This document shows, piece after piece, positions 1 through 10,609 of a DNA stretch of 64,000 nt. Location: NCBI GenBank assembly GCA_938003745.1, contig CALKXS010000084.1, positions 6,746 to 70,745 on the forward strand. Direction: 5' to 3'. A program made the position numbers and the translations under genes. Numbering within the stretch: the first letter of the stretch is position 1; the number at the start of each line of letters is the position of its first letter. The notes under the pieces were generated by a model. It saw nothing but the letters and a program-made list of their open reading frames with translations, was not told the DNA's origin and did not search any database. Source of the stretch: an uncultured Algibacter sp. Lineage in GTDB: Bacteria; Bacteroidota; Bacteroidia; Flavobacteriales; Flavobacteriaceae.

Positions 1-1267
1 TTTTTTCTGGATCTTTAAAATAACCTAGCATAACATTAGGACCTTTAACTAGTATTTCCCCATCTTCAGCGATTTTGGCTTCTACATTATCTATAATTCT
101 ACCAACTGTACCTACTTTAAAACCCCCATTTCTAGTATCATTTACAGATATTACTGGAGATGTTTCGGTTAAACCATAACCTTCCATAATAGGTAAATTG
201 GCAGCAGCAAAAACTCTGGTAAGCCTTTGTTGTAAAGCAGCACTACCAGAAACCATTAATTCTAGATTACCACCTAAACCTTCTTGCCATTTACTGAAAA
301 TTAATTTTCTAGCTATTTTTAGTTGGAATTCATACCACCAACCGTTTTGACCGTATGGTTCATATTTTAAACCTAGATCTACAGCCCAAAAGAATAATAT
401 TTTTTTTATTCCACTTAAATCACTCCCTTTAGCAATAATTTTATCATATACCTTTTCATAAAGTCTAGGAACAGCAGTCATAACTGTTGGCTTAATTTCT
501 TTAAGGTTATCACTCATTTTTTCAATAGACTCTGCAAAGTAAATTTCTATGCCGCAGTATTGATATAAATATAAAATCATGCGTTCAAAGACATGGCATA
601 CAGGTAAAAAACTTAAAGCTTTAGAGTCTCCCTGTTTAAATGACACCCTTTTTTTACTAGCAGCAACATTTGATACTAGATTTTCATGAGATAGCATAAC
701 ACCTTTTGGTTTTCCTGTTGTACCAGATGTATAAATTAAAGTGGCTAGGTCATTAGGTTTTACAATATCCATTCTGGATTGTACCTCATTTTGATTAGAG
801 GTATCGTTTCCTAATTCTAGAATGTCTGTCCAACTATTTTCTCCAGAAATATCATCAAAAGAATACACGTTTTTTAACTTAGTATTCTTTTTTATTTTAT
901 TTAACTTATCAGCTATTTCGCTGTCAGAAACAAAGCAGTAAAGAGCTTCAGAATGATTTAAAATATATTCATAATCTTCTGAAGATATTGTAGGATAGAT
1001 AGGCACATTTTGTGCTCCTGTTTGTAAAATACCAATGTCAACAATATTCCATTCTGTTCTATTATTGCTAGAAATTACTGCGATTTTGTCATTAGCTTTT
1101 ACTCCAAGACGAATTAAACCTCTGCTAATTGCATTGGATTGGTCAACATATTCTTGCGAAGAAATAGATTGCCATTCACCATTATACTTAGTGGTGAAAG
1201 CTTTGGTTAGATTGAATGTTTTGAGTGTGTAATATGGGAAATCGAAAATCCTTGTAATTTCTGTCAT
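1..1267 (-). CDS. Long-chain fatty acid--CoA ligase (AMP-dependent synthetase), 3' end outside window
   Basis: Read manually from ATG at 1267 (MTEITRIFDFPYY...). Contains the AMP-binding motif LIYTSGTTGKPKG, SFLPVCHVFER, and MEGYGLTETSP. Absent from the ORF track because it runs off the window edge. Confidence 0.9.
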   Translation of the reverse strand, partial: MTEITRIFDFPYYTLKTFNLTKAFTTKYNGEWQSISSQEYVDQSNAISRGLIRLGVKANDKIAVISSNNRTEWNIVDIGILQTGAQNVPIYPTISSEDYEYILNHSEALYCFVSDSEIADKLNKIKKNTKLKNVYSFDDISGENSWTDILELGNDTSNQNEVQSRMDIVKPNDLATLIYTSGTTGKPKGVMLSHENLVSNVAASKKRVSFKQGDSKALSFLPVCHVFERMILYLYQYCGIEIYFAESIEKMSDNLKEIKPTVMTAVPRLYEKVYDKIIAKGSDLSGIKKILFFWAVDLGLKYEPYGQNGWWYEFQLKIARKLIFSKWQEGLGGNLELMVSGSAALQQRLTRVFAAANLPIMEGYGLTETSPVISVNDTRNGGFKVGTVGRIIDNVEAKIAEDGEILVKGPNVMLGYFKDPEK

Positions 1268-1387
1268 TTGCTATTAATCGTATTTGTCGTATTGCAAAGT
1301 ATGAAATTAAATGAGATTTTCAAATAAGAGAACAGAAAAGGAATTTATTTTTATAAAATACCTTTATTCTTTATTAATTTGATAAAA

Positions 1388-2827
1388 TTATTTTTTTACA
1401 ACCTTAAAATTATATTCATTTCCTTTATTGAATATATTTAAAATGTACAAACCTGTTGATAAATCTGCAAGATTGATTGAATTGGTTTGAGTAACATCTT
1501 GCTTCATTAATTTAGATTCAAAATTATAGATAGCGTATCCGTAATTAGAAAATGTTATGTTTTTTATTGAAATGACATCTGTTGCTGGATTAGGAAAAAC
1601 ATAAGGTTTGTTTAACGGATTAACAGTTTTTATAGCTTCTTTTTTAGAACTAGCTTTGGCTGTAATTTGATTATTAATATTACAAGAAAACTCTAAATAA
1701 TTTTTTAAATCATCCCCCCTATCATGAATTTTTTCATAACCTAAGGTTTGTGCTTTTTTTAAATATTCGCAAGCAAGAATGTGATTCCCTAAATCATGGT
1801 GAACAACACCTAAGTTTCTATAGGCGAAAGAGTTGTCTTTATGAAGATTTATAGCTTCCTCTAAATCGGCAATACCTTCGTTAGAATTTCCTAATTTATG
1901 AGATATAAAGCCTCTAAGGGTCCTTATGTCCCTTTCAACTTTTCCAAAACCAAACTTTAATAAATTCTTTTCTTTAGGGAAAGCAATATCAATGTATTGT
2001 TTTGCTTTTTCATAATCTTCAAAATCGGTATACATAGCAGCTAAAACACGATGTGTAAAGGCATGATTTGGCCATTTTTCAAGAGCTTTGTTTAAGTATA
2101 ATTGTGAAAGTCTATAAGACTTTATAGTGTATAAATAACTGCCTAAATTATAGGTTAAACGAGTATCATCTGGAGCTGCTTCTGTAGCTTTAAATTTATA
2201 ATGTGTTGCATAGTTTTCCATTTCATAACCATGATAAATACTACCAGAAATATCGTAGATATTACCTAATATTTTAGCTGGAGGCGCTACGTTTTTCTTT
2301 TTAGCAATTCGCTTTATATAATGAGACATATTATGAAAATCACGTAAGGCTAATACATGGTTTCCTAATTTGTACCTTATACTGGCTCTGCTATATTGTA
2401 ATTTAAAAGAATTTGGGGTTTCTTTAATTTTCTGATTTAAAATGGAGAGTTGTTCATGTAGGTTTTTTACTTTCTCTTCATCTTTTTTATTGAAATTTAG
2501 AATATGATCTGTACGTTTTACAAGTTTTCCATTATCAAATAACCAAGTCGTAGATTTTTCACCATTCCTATTGTATTTATAGGAATTACCATGATATTTT
2601 CCTTTTAAGTAGTAGAATTTCTCGTTTAAGACTCCTGTTTTATAATAGGTTTTAACACTGTCTACTTTTTTATCATCACCATACCATCTTTCTAAGGCTA
2701 CAATTTTATCTTTATATAGGTAACGTTTTACTTTGTTAGAATTTTTTATCGGTTCTTCCGTAGATTGAACAGCAAATAAGGAATAGGAAGCGAACAGCAG
2801 AAAACAAAATAATAGATTCTTGAGCAT
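1388..2827 (-). CDS. Secreted TPR/MORN-like repeat protein with T9SS type A C-terminal sorting domain
   Basis: Signal peptide; MORN-variant-like repeats (KTYYKTGVL, YKYNRNGEK); TPR helices (AYRNLGVVHHDLG); C-terminal VFPNPA...GLYILNI...KVVKK. Confidence 0.8.
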   Translation of the reverse strand: MLKNLLFCFLLFASYSLFAVQSTEEPIKNSNKVKRYLYKDKIVALERWYGDDKKVDSVKTYYKTGVLNEKFYYLKGKYHGNSYKYNRNGEKSTTWLFDNGKLVKRTDHILNFNKKDEEKVKNLHEQLSILNQKIKETPNSFKLQYSRASIRYKLGNHVLALRDFHNMSHYIKRIAKKKNVAPPAKILGNIYDISGSIYHGYEMENYATHYKFKATEAAPDDTRLTYNLGSYLYTIKSYRLSQLYLNKALEKWPNHAFTHRVLAAMYTDFEDYEKAKQYIDIAFPKEKNLLKFGFGKVERDIRTLRGFISHKLGNSNEGIADLEEAINLHKDNSFAYRNLGVVHHDLGNHILACEYLKKAQTLGYEKIHDRGDDLKNYLEFSCNINNQITAKASSKKEAIKTVNPLNKPYVFPNPATDVISIKNITFSNYGYAIYNFESKLMKQDVTQTNSINLADLSTGLYILNIFNKGNEYNFKVVKK

Positions 2828-2851
2828 GGTAATTGTTTAGGCGTTAGGCAT

Positions 2852-2886
2852 AAAAAAAGCTTCTACTAAAGTAAAAACTTTTTTTT
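2852..2886 (-). terminator. Probable intrinsic terminator downstream of purL
   Basis: Inverted repeat with A/T tails (minus strand AAAAGTTTTTACT-TT-AGTAGAAGCTTTTTTT, includes G-U pairs). Confidence 0.5.
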
Positions 2887-2908
2887 GAAGTTGTATGTAA
2901 TTTCTTGA

Positions 2909-5900
2909 TTATTTCTCCAGCCAAATTCTAGCATTAACAAATGCCTCTAACCAAGGTGTTGCTTCATCTTTACGATCATCAGGATAGTTTGCCCAGTTCC
3001 ATTGGAATGTAGAACGCTCAATATGTGGCATAGTTACTAAATGCCTTCCTGTTGTATCACATAACATAGCGGTGTTAAAGTCTGAACCATTAGGATTATG
3101 AGGATACCTTTCATAACCATATTTAGCAACAATTTGATATTTATCTTCAGTATAAGGTAAATTAAATTTTCCTTCACCATGAGAAATCCAAACTCCTAAT
3201 GTACTTCCTGCCAACGTAGAAAGCATAACAGAATTATTCTCTTGTATTTTTACAGACGTAAATGAACTTTCATGTTTTTGAGAATCATTATGAATCATTT
3301 TTCCGTGAACTTCATGGTCTGGGTTTATTAAATCTAATTCCATCCAAAGTTGACATCCATTACAAATACCAACAGAAAGTGTATCTTCTCTTGCAAAGAA
3401 TTTTTTAATCACTTTATTTGCTTTCTCGTTGTATTTAATAGCACCTGCCCAACCTTTAGCAGAACCTAAAACATCCGAGTTAGAAAAACCACCTACAGCG
3501 CCTAAAAACTGGATATCTTCAAGATTTTCGCGACCAGAAATAATATCGGTCATATGTACATCTTTTACATCAAACCCCGCTAAATACATAGCGTTTGCCA
3601 TTTCACGTTCAGAATTAGACCCTTTCTCACGAAGTATCGCAGCCTTTGGTCTTTTTCCTTTTAAAACAGGTAACTTTCCAGTAAACTGTTTTGGGAATGT
3701 ATATTCTAAAGGTTGATTCTTATAATTATCAAATCTATCTGTAGCTAAATCGTTGGCCGTTTGTTTCTGGTCTAATAAATAAGACGTCTTGTACCAAACA
3801 TCTCTTAATGCACTAATATCAAAAGAGAAGTTGTCTTCGTTGTTTTTAATGTTTAAAGTAGCTGAATCATTTACAGTTCCTATGTTAAAGAACTCAATAT
3901 TGTTTTCAAATAAAACAGTTTCAATCGAAGCATCACCTTGAAAAACAATCCCTGAATTTTCAGCAAATAAAACTTTTAAAGAATCTTCTTGATTTAAAGC
4001 AGAGATATCAAAATCTGCACCTAAATTAACATTAGCAAAACACAATTCTAACAATGTTGTAATTAAACCACCAGAAGCCACATCATGTCCAGCAGAAATT
4101 TTATCCACTTTAATTAAATCTTGAATCGTATTAAATGTATTTTTTACAAAAGTCGAATTTGTAACATCTGGCGCCTCATTACCAATCGTGTTTAACACTT
4201 GGTTAAAAGAACTTCCGCCCAATTTAAAGGTATCTTGAGATATATTAATATAGTAGATGCTTTCTCCGTTTTGTTTTAAAACAGGTTCCACAACTTTAGA
4301 AATTTCATTACAGTTACCAGCAGCCGAAATAATAACAGTACCCGGAGAAATAACGTCTCCATCTGCATATTTCTGTTTCATTGATAATGAATCTTTTCCA
4401 GTAGGTACATTAATTCCTAAATCAATCGAAAATTCCGAAATCGCTTTAACCGCTTTATACAAACGTGCATCCTCACCTTCGTTTTTGCAAGGCCACATCC
4501 AGTTAGCCGATAACGACACAGATGCCAAATTATCTTTTAAAGGCGCCCAAATAATGTTGGTTAAGGACTCCGTAATAGAATTTCTACTTCCAGCTTCCGG
4601 ATGAATTAATCCTGAAATAGGCGAGTGCCCAATAGACGTAGCAATACCCTCTTTACCATTAAAATCTAGTGCCATAACACCAACATTGTTTAACGGTATT
4701 TGTAAAGGTCCAACACATTGTTGTTTGGCAACTTTACCGCCAACACAACGGTCTACCTTGTTTGTTAACCAATCTTTACAAGCTACAGCCTCAAGTTGTA
4801 ACACTTGCTCTAAATAGATTTGTAAATTCTTAGTTTTATATCTTGAATTTTTATAATTCCTTTTAACAGTCTTATCTGTTAAAACTGTTTTTGGCGAACT
4901 TCCAAACATATCCTCAAGCGCCAAATCCATAGGCTTATCACCTTTCGTTGCAGACTCAAAAGTAAAACGATTATCTGTAGTCACATCACCAACGGTGTAC
5001 ATTGGCGAGCGTTCACGGTCCGTTATTTTATTAAGAGTTTCAATATGTTCTTCAGCAATCACAAGTCCCATACGTTCTTGAGATTCGTTTCCTATAATTT
5101 CTTTAGCAGATAAGGTAGGATCTCCAACTGGCAACGCATCCAAATCAATTTTACCACCAGTATCTTCTACCAATTCAGATAAACAATTTAAATGTCCACC
5201 AGCACCATGATCGTGAATAGAAACAATAAAGTTTTCTTCACTCTCTACCATACCACGCACTGCATTTGCAGCACGCTTTTGCATTTCTGGGTTAGAACGT
5301 TGTACCGCGTTTAACTCAATACCAGAATCTAAAGCACCAGTATCTGCAGATGATACCGCAGCACCACCCATACCAATTCTATAATTATCACCACCAAGAA
5401 TAACAATTTTGTCACCCTTTTTTGGTGTATCTTTTAAAGCTTGTTCTACTTTTCCATACCCAATACCACCGGCTTGCATAATCACTTTATCGAAACCTAG
5501 TTTTCTTGGAGCCGATTCACTTGAAGCCGAATTCTCTTTATGCTCGAACGTTAGTACCGAACCACAAATTAAAGGTTGTCCAAATTTATTACCAAAGTCC
5601 GACGCGCCGTTAGATGCTTTTATCAAAATATCCATTGGCGTTTGGTATAACCAATCTCTAGCTTCAAATTTTTGTTCCCAATGTCTGTTTTCTTCCAAAC
5701 GCGAGTAACTTGTCATGTAAACCGCTGTTCCCGCTAACGGTAACGATCCTTTTCCTCCAGCAAGTCTATCTCTAATTTCTCCACCAGCACCCGTCGCTGC
5801 ACCATTAAAAGGCTCAACCGTAGTTGGGAAGTTATGCGTTTCTGCTTTAAGTGAAATAACAGATTCGTATTCTTCAGTTGTATAATAATCAGGAATATCG

Positions 5901-6580
5901 GCACGTTTAGGCGCAAACTGTTGCACTTTAGGACCTTTTACAAAAGCCACGTTATCTTTATAAGCAGATACAATATCGTTAGGGTTTTCTTCAGACGTTT
6001 TTCTAATCATCTTAAAAAGCGATACCGGTTGTTCCTCACCATCAATAACAAATGTTCCGTTAAAAATTTTATGACGACAGTGCTCACTATTCACTTGTGA
6101 AAATCCAAAAACTTCAGAGTCGGTTAACGGTCTTCCTATTTTCTTTGCAACACCATCCAAATACGCAACCTCTTCATCACTTAATGATAAACCTTCCTGC
6201 GCATTAAAAGCCGCAATATCTTCAATATTAAGGATCGCTTCTGGTTGAATATCAATAGAAAAAGACTCTTGATTCAATCCATTAAACTTCTCCAAAATCA
6301 TCGGGTCAAAATCACTAAAATCTTCAGCCTTAGCCTCAAACTCTTCAATTCTTATAATGCCTTCAATTCCCATATTCTGAGTGATTTCTACAGCATTGGT
6401 ACTCCAAGGCGTAATCATAGCCACTCTTGGACCAACAAAAAAAGCATCTAAAGATGTTTGTTCAATTTTTGGTTGATTTCCCAAAAGCCAGTTTAATTTA
6501 GAGATATCCTCTGTTGATAATTCTTTTACTGTTTGTACCGTAAATATTTTGCTTGTTACGTTTCCAAAGAAATGAATCAT
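2909..6580 (-). CDS. purL: Phosphoribosylformylglycinamidine synthase (large, fused glutaminase)
   Basis: QVNSEHCRHKIF, KAETHNFPT, GEIRD, ESQERM, glutaminase GICNGCQ and MPHIER motifs; 1223 aa. Confidence 0.98.
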   Translation of the reverse strand: MIHFFGNVTSKIFTVQTVKELSTEDISKLNWLLGNQPKIEQTSLDAFFVGPRVAMITPWSTNAVEITQNMGIEGIIRIEEFEAKAEDFSDFDPMILEKFNGLNQESFSIDIQPEAILNIEDIAAFNAQEGLSLSDEEVAYLDGVAKKIGRPLTDSEVFGFSQVNSEHCRHKIFNGTFVIDGEEQPVSLFKMIRKTSEENPNDIVSAYKDNVAFVKGPKVQQFAPKRADIPDYYTTEEYESVISLKAETHNFPTTVEPFNGAATGAGGEIRDRLAGGKGSLPLAGTAVYMTSYSRLEENRHWEQKFEARDWLYQTPMDILIKASNGASDFGNKFGQPLICGSVLTFEHKENSASSESAPRKLGFDKVIMQAGGIGYGKVEQALKDTPKKGDKIVILGGDNYRIGMGGAAVSSADTGALDSGIELNAVQRSNPEMQKRAANAVRGMVESEENFIVSIHDHGAGGHLNCLSELVEDTGGKIDLDALPVGDPTLSAKEIIGNESQERMGLVIAEEHIETLNKITDRERSPMYTVGDVTTDNRFTFESATKGDKPMDLALEDMFGSSPKTVLTDKTVKRNYKNSRYKTKNLQIYLEQVLQLEAVACKDWLTNKVDRCVGGKVAKQQCVGPLQIPLNNVGVMALDFNGKEGIATSIGHSPISGLIHPEAGSRNSITESLTNIIWAPLKDNLASVSLSANWMWPCKNEGEDARLYKAVKAISEFSIDLGINVPTGKDSLSMKQKYADGDVISPGTVIISAAGNCNEISKVVEPVLKQNGESIYYINISQDTFKLGGSSFNQVLNTIGNEAPDVTNSTFVKNTFNTIQDLIKVDKISAGHDVASGGLITTLLELCFANVNLGADFDISALNQEDSLKVLFAENSGIVFQGDASIETVLFENNIEFFNIGTVNDSATLNIKNNEDNFSFDISALRDVWYKTSYLLDQKQTANDLATDRFDNYKNQPLEYTFPKQFTGKLPVLKGKRPKAAILREKGSNSEREMANAMYLAGFDVKDVHMTDIISGRENLEDIQFLGAVGGFSNSDVLGSAKGWAGAIKYNEKANKVIKKFFAREDTLSVGICNGCQLWMELDLINPDHEVHGKMIHNDSQKHESSFTSVKIQENNSVMLSTLAGSTLGVWISHGEGKFNLPYTEDKYQIVAKYGYERYPHNPNGSDFNTAMLCDTTGRHLVTMPHIERSTFQWNWANYPDDRKDEATPWLEAFVNARIWLEK

Positions 6581-6613
6581 TATATACTAATGTGTTTAGT
6601 TTAAAATAAAGTA

Positions 6614-6621
6614 CAAATTTA
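6614..6621 (-). promoter_or_regulatory. Bacteroidota -7 promoter element for purL
   Basis: TAAATTTG (TAnnTTTG consensus) about 33 nt upstream of the start codon. Confidence 0.55.
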
Positions 6622-6706
6622 CTTCTTTTTAATGGAATTTAAACTAAGTGTTAAGTAGAAAATATAGAGTTATTCACTAGGTTTTAAACAGGTTATTTTT
6701 ATATTA

Positions 6707-6808
6707 GGGTTACCCCGAAAGAGGTCTTGATTTCGGCAGTCGATTTTTTGTGCTGCATATGTGCAACAACCCCAAAAGAGCTTCAATAAATGTCTAAATC
6801 ACTAACGC
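6707..6808 (+). repeat. Degenerate Flavobacteriaceae intergenic element (Flavo-1-like variant)
   Basis: GGGTTACCCCGAAAGAGGTC...TTTCGGCAGTCG...AAAAGAGCT...AATCACTAACGC; GC-rich islet with an outline resembling the element at 10349-10437; family assignment from memory. Confidence 0.4.
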
Positions 6809-6881
6809 TGCACTATCTTAATAGAGTATAAAAAAATCGAGGTTTATGCCTTTCGGTTTTGATATTGACAATTTTTAAGAC

Positions 6882-7396
6882 TTAAAAGAAGTAACCAATA
6901 CTTAATTGTAACATACCATTTTTATTTGTTACGCTACCAATATCGTTATTATTAGATAAGCTTAAAATATAACTAACTCTATAATTAAGACTATTATCCT
7001 GTTTATAGTCAATACCCATATTGACACCAAAGTCTTTTGTTTAAAAGGTCTTTATAATCTTCTTGACCTCTCTTTAGTAGAAAGTGAAAAACCAATTTGA
7101 GATCCTGCTTCAAGATTAAATCTTTTTGAAACGTAGTACTTTGCCATGAATGGGATATTCAAATAATTTAGTGTTATAATACCACCAGTAATATTTGTAT
7201 CAAAACCTTGTCTGGAATACATTAATTTTGAACATAGTTCCAACATTAAAAATGGTTACGATTTGGTTTTTTGAGGTGTTGTTTCCAGTAATTGAAGCTA
7301 AGTTTAGACCGCCTTTAATTCCGAATTCAACGTCTTGTGCGTTAACATTTGCTAAGCTAAAAAGGTGGTATCAACAATTAGTAGTGTTTTTTTCAT
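6882..7396 (-). pseudogene. Outer-membrane beta-barrel (PorT/porin family) pseudogene
   Basis: Fragments in different frames: MKKTLLIV, NAQDVEFGIKGGLNLASI, LNYLNIPFMAKYY...FNLEAGSQIGF, DFGVNMGIDY...LQLSIGYFF* with terminal Phe; frameshifts between them. Confidence 0.8.
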
Positions 7397-7490
7397 TGTT
7401 TAAAATTTTAAAAATATAAGATTGGACTTATAATAACTTTAGCTTTTTAACTGCTTTTTGTAAAAGTATTTCTTAGTTTTCAAGATGATT

Positions 7491-8160
7491 TTATTTGTTA
7501 GTCAAGCTTTTAAATTAATTGTATTGTAAATATTCTGTTCCCACTGCTATAGTTAATATGTTGTTAGCTATTGCTTTATGAATTCTTTAATTTTAATGCT
7601 CCTATATTTTTTTGCTTTTTCTAGTAATATGAAATTTAGTAAAAGTCACACTTTTAAAACAATGGCTTCTGAGAGCCCGTATCTATTAGTTGGTATGAGA
7701 ATTATTTAGGGTTGAGAAATAAATAATTAAACTTTCAAAATCAAGAACTTACAAGTCTTCTATGAGTTCACCTTTTATTCTTAAATAAAAACTTTTTAAA
7801 GTTATATTTACGCCAACAGAGGATAATAATTAAAAGTTTTTTACGTCATTTTTTTACAAACCGTAGCGAAATCAAGCATTCCTATTTTGTTAATTTTTAT
7901 AAACTCCGCTTTACTTATCTTTGAAGGTTACCCATGACCAAGCGTACAAATAACTGTGTTAAAACTAGTAATGTATTTTTGGTAGCTTGTAGTATCTACT
8001 ATATCTATGATTTGCTTATCTAAATTTATAGACATTGGTAATGTCTAGTTTTCTTCTGCCTAAACTCAATACTTTATCTATACCCGAAAAGTCTAAAACC
8101 GTTTTGAATACTTCTGAACTAACTGCTACACTAGCTCCTAAAGATAATATTTATTTTGAT
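7491..8160 (-). pseudogene. NAD(P)H-binding oxidoreductase (YraR/TIP30-like) pseudogene, ends approximate
   Basis: Manual translation gives LGASVAVSSEV...VLSLGRRKL, ICTLG, EFIKINK, LLSSVG...FYLRIKGELIEDL, with many stops and frameshifts. Confidence 0.7.
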
Positions 8161-8344
8161 GTTTTGATTTAGAATTGTTTGTTTTAATGCTATTACTTTT
8201 TCTAATAATGGAGTTAGCTCATTTTTATTAATGTTATAATTGTTCTAAAAACTTAAAACACAACTTACATAATTACCTCTTACTTCGCTTGCAACGTAAT
8301 AAATTGTTAATGTTTTTCCTTCAGATAATCTTACTAAAATTGAT

Positions 8345-8975
8345 TTATGTTATCATACCATAGGTCTATATGAACTGTACCATGTCTCAGCTGACTTGAA
8401 TCTGCTTGCTCAAATTGAGAAGCAATAGCTCGATTTTCTATTTTAATAAACTATACGTCTTCTAAGGGCTCTAAAAAACGAGTTTTTACAAGTTTTAAAG
8501 ACCAACCTACAAGTGACTCTGTATTATAATTTTGTCTGTTTACTGTCTTGTCTTTTGTGACAAGATGCATTTTTGCAATGTCTTGCCTTAAATTATAACA
8601 AATTTTGTTTGAAGGATTTCTTATTGTTTTTCCTTTGGCATATGAGAATAATACAGAGAAACGCTCACCTTCAATAGCGTTTGTAGGTTGAATATATTTA
8701 GTATCTTTATCTAGAATTGGATAAGCTAGAGATCTATTATTTTTTTTAAGAAAAGTAATAAATCTAGTTCTGCTTTAATTTCATTTGGTGTGCGCCAATT
8801 TAAATTATAAACTCTTAGTATAAATTTATTTTGGTTTTCTTTAATTAGTTAGGTGTCATTTATACCTAATTTAAAGACATGAGGTGCACTTCCTAAATTA
8901 TATTTATCTGCAATAAACAGCGTAAGGTAGCCTGATGAAATTGCTGATCTTATAGCAGGAGAAGCTTCAGTATCA
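8345..8975 (-). pseudogene. APH/type II homoserine kinase-like phosphotransferase pseudogene, C-terminus missing, ends approximate
   Basis: GINDT*...KFILRVYNLNWRTPNEIKAELDLL, EGERFSVLFSYAKG, IAKMH, and catalytic loop GTVHIDLWYDN (HxDxxxxN); internal stops and a frameshift. Confidence 0.75.
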
Positions 8976-8996
8976 AGTTAAAGTAGATGTAATTAA

Positions 8997-10211
8997 TTAG
9001 TCTTTACGCTCTAGCAATGCCATATAGAATCCATCAAATCCAGATTTATGAGCAGATATTTTTTTATCTTTTACTAAAATGAAGTTCTTACCATTTTCAG
9101 ATTTCAAAAACTCTTTGACCTGGTTTTGATTTTCTGAAGGTAAAACAGAGCATGTTGCATAAACAAGTTTTCCGTCTGCTTTAACCATTCTAGAGTATTG
9201 TTGTAAAATTTCTTGTTGTGTTTTACGAATTTTATCTAAAAAATTTGGTTGCAATTTCCATTTAGAATCTGGGTTTCTACGTAAAACGCCTAAACCAGAA
9301 CAAGGAGAATCTATTAAAACACGGTCTGCCTTACCATAAAGTTTTTTAATAACTTTAGTAGACTCAATAGGTCGAGTTTCAATATTATGAACACCGTTAC
9401 GTTTTGCACGACGCTTTAATTCATGTAATTTATTACCATATATATCCATAGCAATAATTTGTCCTTTGTTTTCCATCAAAGAAGCAAGGTGTAATGTTTT
9501 ACCACCAGCACCTGCACAAGCATCTACAACGCGCATACCTGGTTGTACATCTAAAAACTCTGCTACTAATTGGGATGATGCATCTTGTACTTCAAAGAAT
9601 CCACTTTTAAAAGCTTCTGTAGAAAATACGTTTGTACGTTCTTTTAATTTTAAAGCGTCTTCATGATTTGCTACAAAGTCTGTTTCTATCTCTAGATCGA
9701 ACAAGATAGTTTGTAACTTTTCTTTTGTTGTTTTAAGTGTGTTTACACGTAAAATAACATCGGCTTGTTTGTTTAAAGCAGCAATTTCATTTGTCCATGT
9801 TTCTTCGCCAAGTTCTTTTTCACCAAGGTCATCAATCCAATCTGGAATAGATTCTTTGAATTTTCTAATTTTAGATAATTCATCGTAACGTCCTTTTATT
9901 TTTCTAGCTGGTGTATTTTCAAAGTATTTCCAGTCTGGTAATTTTATTCCTTTTAAGGTTGCCCAAACGGCAAACATGCGCCACAGGTTTTCACGGTCAT
10001 ATGGAGCTTTAACTTCTGCTATTTCTGCGTATAGGCGTTTCCAACGTACAATGTCGTATGTAGTTTCGGCAACAAAACCTCTGTCGCGAGCGCCCCAACG
10101 TTTGTCGCGTTTTAAAAGTTGTTGTATAACTTTATCGGCATATTTACCTTCGTTAAATATTAAGGTTAATCCGTCTATAACCGCAAAGCATAAGTTTCTG
10201 TGTAATCGCAT
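8997..10211 (-). CDS. RsmB/NOP family class I SAM-dependent RNA m5C methyltransferase
   Basis: FEVQDASSQ, DACAGAGGKT, LIDSPCSG, LVYATCS; start placed at ATG 10211 (MRLHRNL) because TAACTTTG lies at 10230-10237 on the minus strand. Confidence 0.92.
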   Translation of the reverse strand: MRLHRNLCFAVIDGLTLIFNEGKYADKVIQQLLKRDKRWGARDRGFVAETTYDIVRWKRLYAEIAEVKAPYDRENLWRMFAVWATLKGIKLPDWKYFENTPARKIKGRYDELSKIRKFKESIPDWIDDLGEKELGEETWTNEIAALNKQADVILRVNTLKTTKEKLQTILFDLEIETDFVANHEDALKLKERTNVFSTEAFKSGFFEVQDASSQLVAEFLDVQPGMRVVDACAGAGGKTLHLASLMENKGQIIAMDIYGNKLHELKRRAKRNGVHNIETRPIESTKVIKKLYGKADRVLIDSPCSGLGVLRRNPDSKWKLQPNFLDKIRKTQQEILQQYSRMVKADGKLVYATCSVLPSENQNQVKEFLKSENGKNFILVKDKKISAHKSGFDGFYMALLERKD

Positions 10212-10348
10212 GATCTTTAAATAAGGGTGCAAAGTTACGTTTTAAATGTGTATTTGTTTAGTGCTTTAAAAAGTTTATTTCTTTAAATTGTTGGTGCTTG
10301 CAAATTGTTTGAAATTATAGTTTGATAGCTGACCTTTATAGCTTTACC

Positions 10349-10437
10349 TGTCTTAAGGATTGAAATGAAAAGCCCACAGTGAGGTACGAACGAGGACTTG
10401 TAATGTAAAGCCTGACTCGATAGGGGAACGCCCAAAA
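10349..10437 (-). ncRNA. Flavo-1-like structured RNA/repeat element
   Basis: Minus strand reads GGGCGTTCCCC...GTCAGGCTTTACATTACAAGTCCTCG...GTGGGCTTTTCATTTCAATCC, matching my recollection of the Flavo-1 motif; needs a covariance-model check. Confidence 0.55.
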
Positions 10438-10484
10438 ACTAATTTTTTAGAAAAAATAAAAGTAAGCGTAAGTTCGATATTTTA

Positions 10485-10583
10485 TTGACTGAAGACGAAT
10501 TTATAGAGGGATTAAGGAAGTAGCATGCAAGTGTCTATGGTAAATTACTTGATGCTTTTAAGCAAAAGGTATTTCTTTTGTGT
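10485..10583 (+). pseudogene. 5' fragment of an ECF sigma factor gene
   Basis: TTG start gives MTEDEFIEGLRK*HASVYGKLLDAFKQKVF, resembling ECF N-termini; one internal stop; ends at the IS256 remnant. Confidence 0.5.
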
Positions 10584-10609
10584 CAAACAAAGAGGGTAAA
10601 TAAGATATT

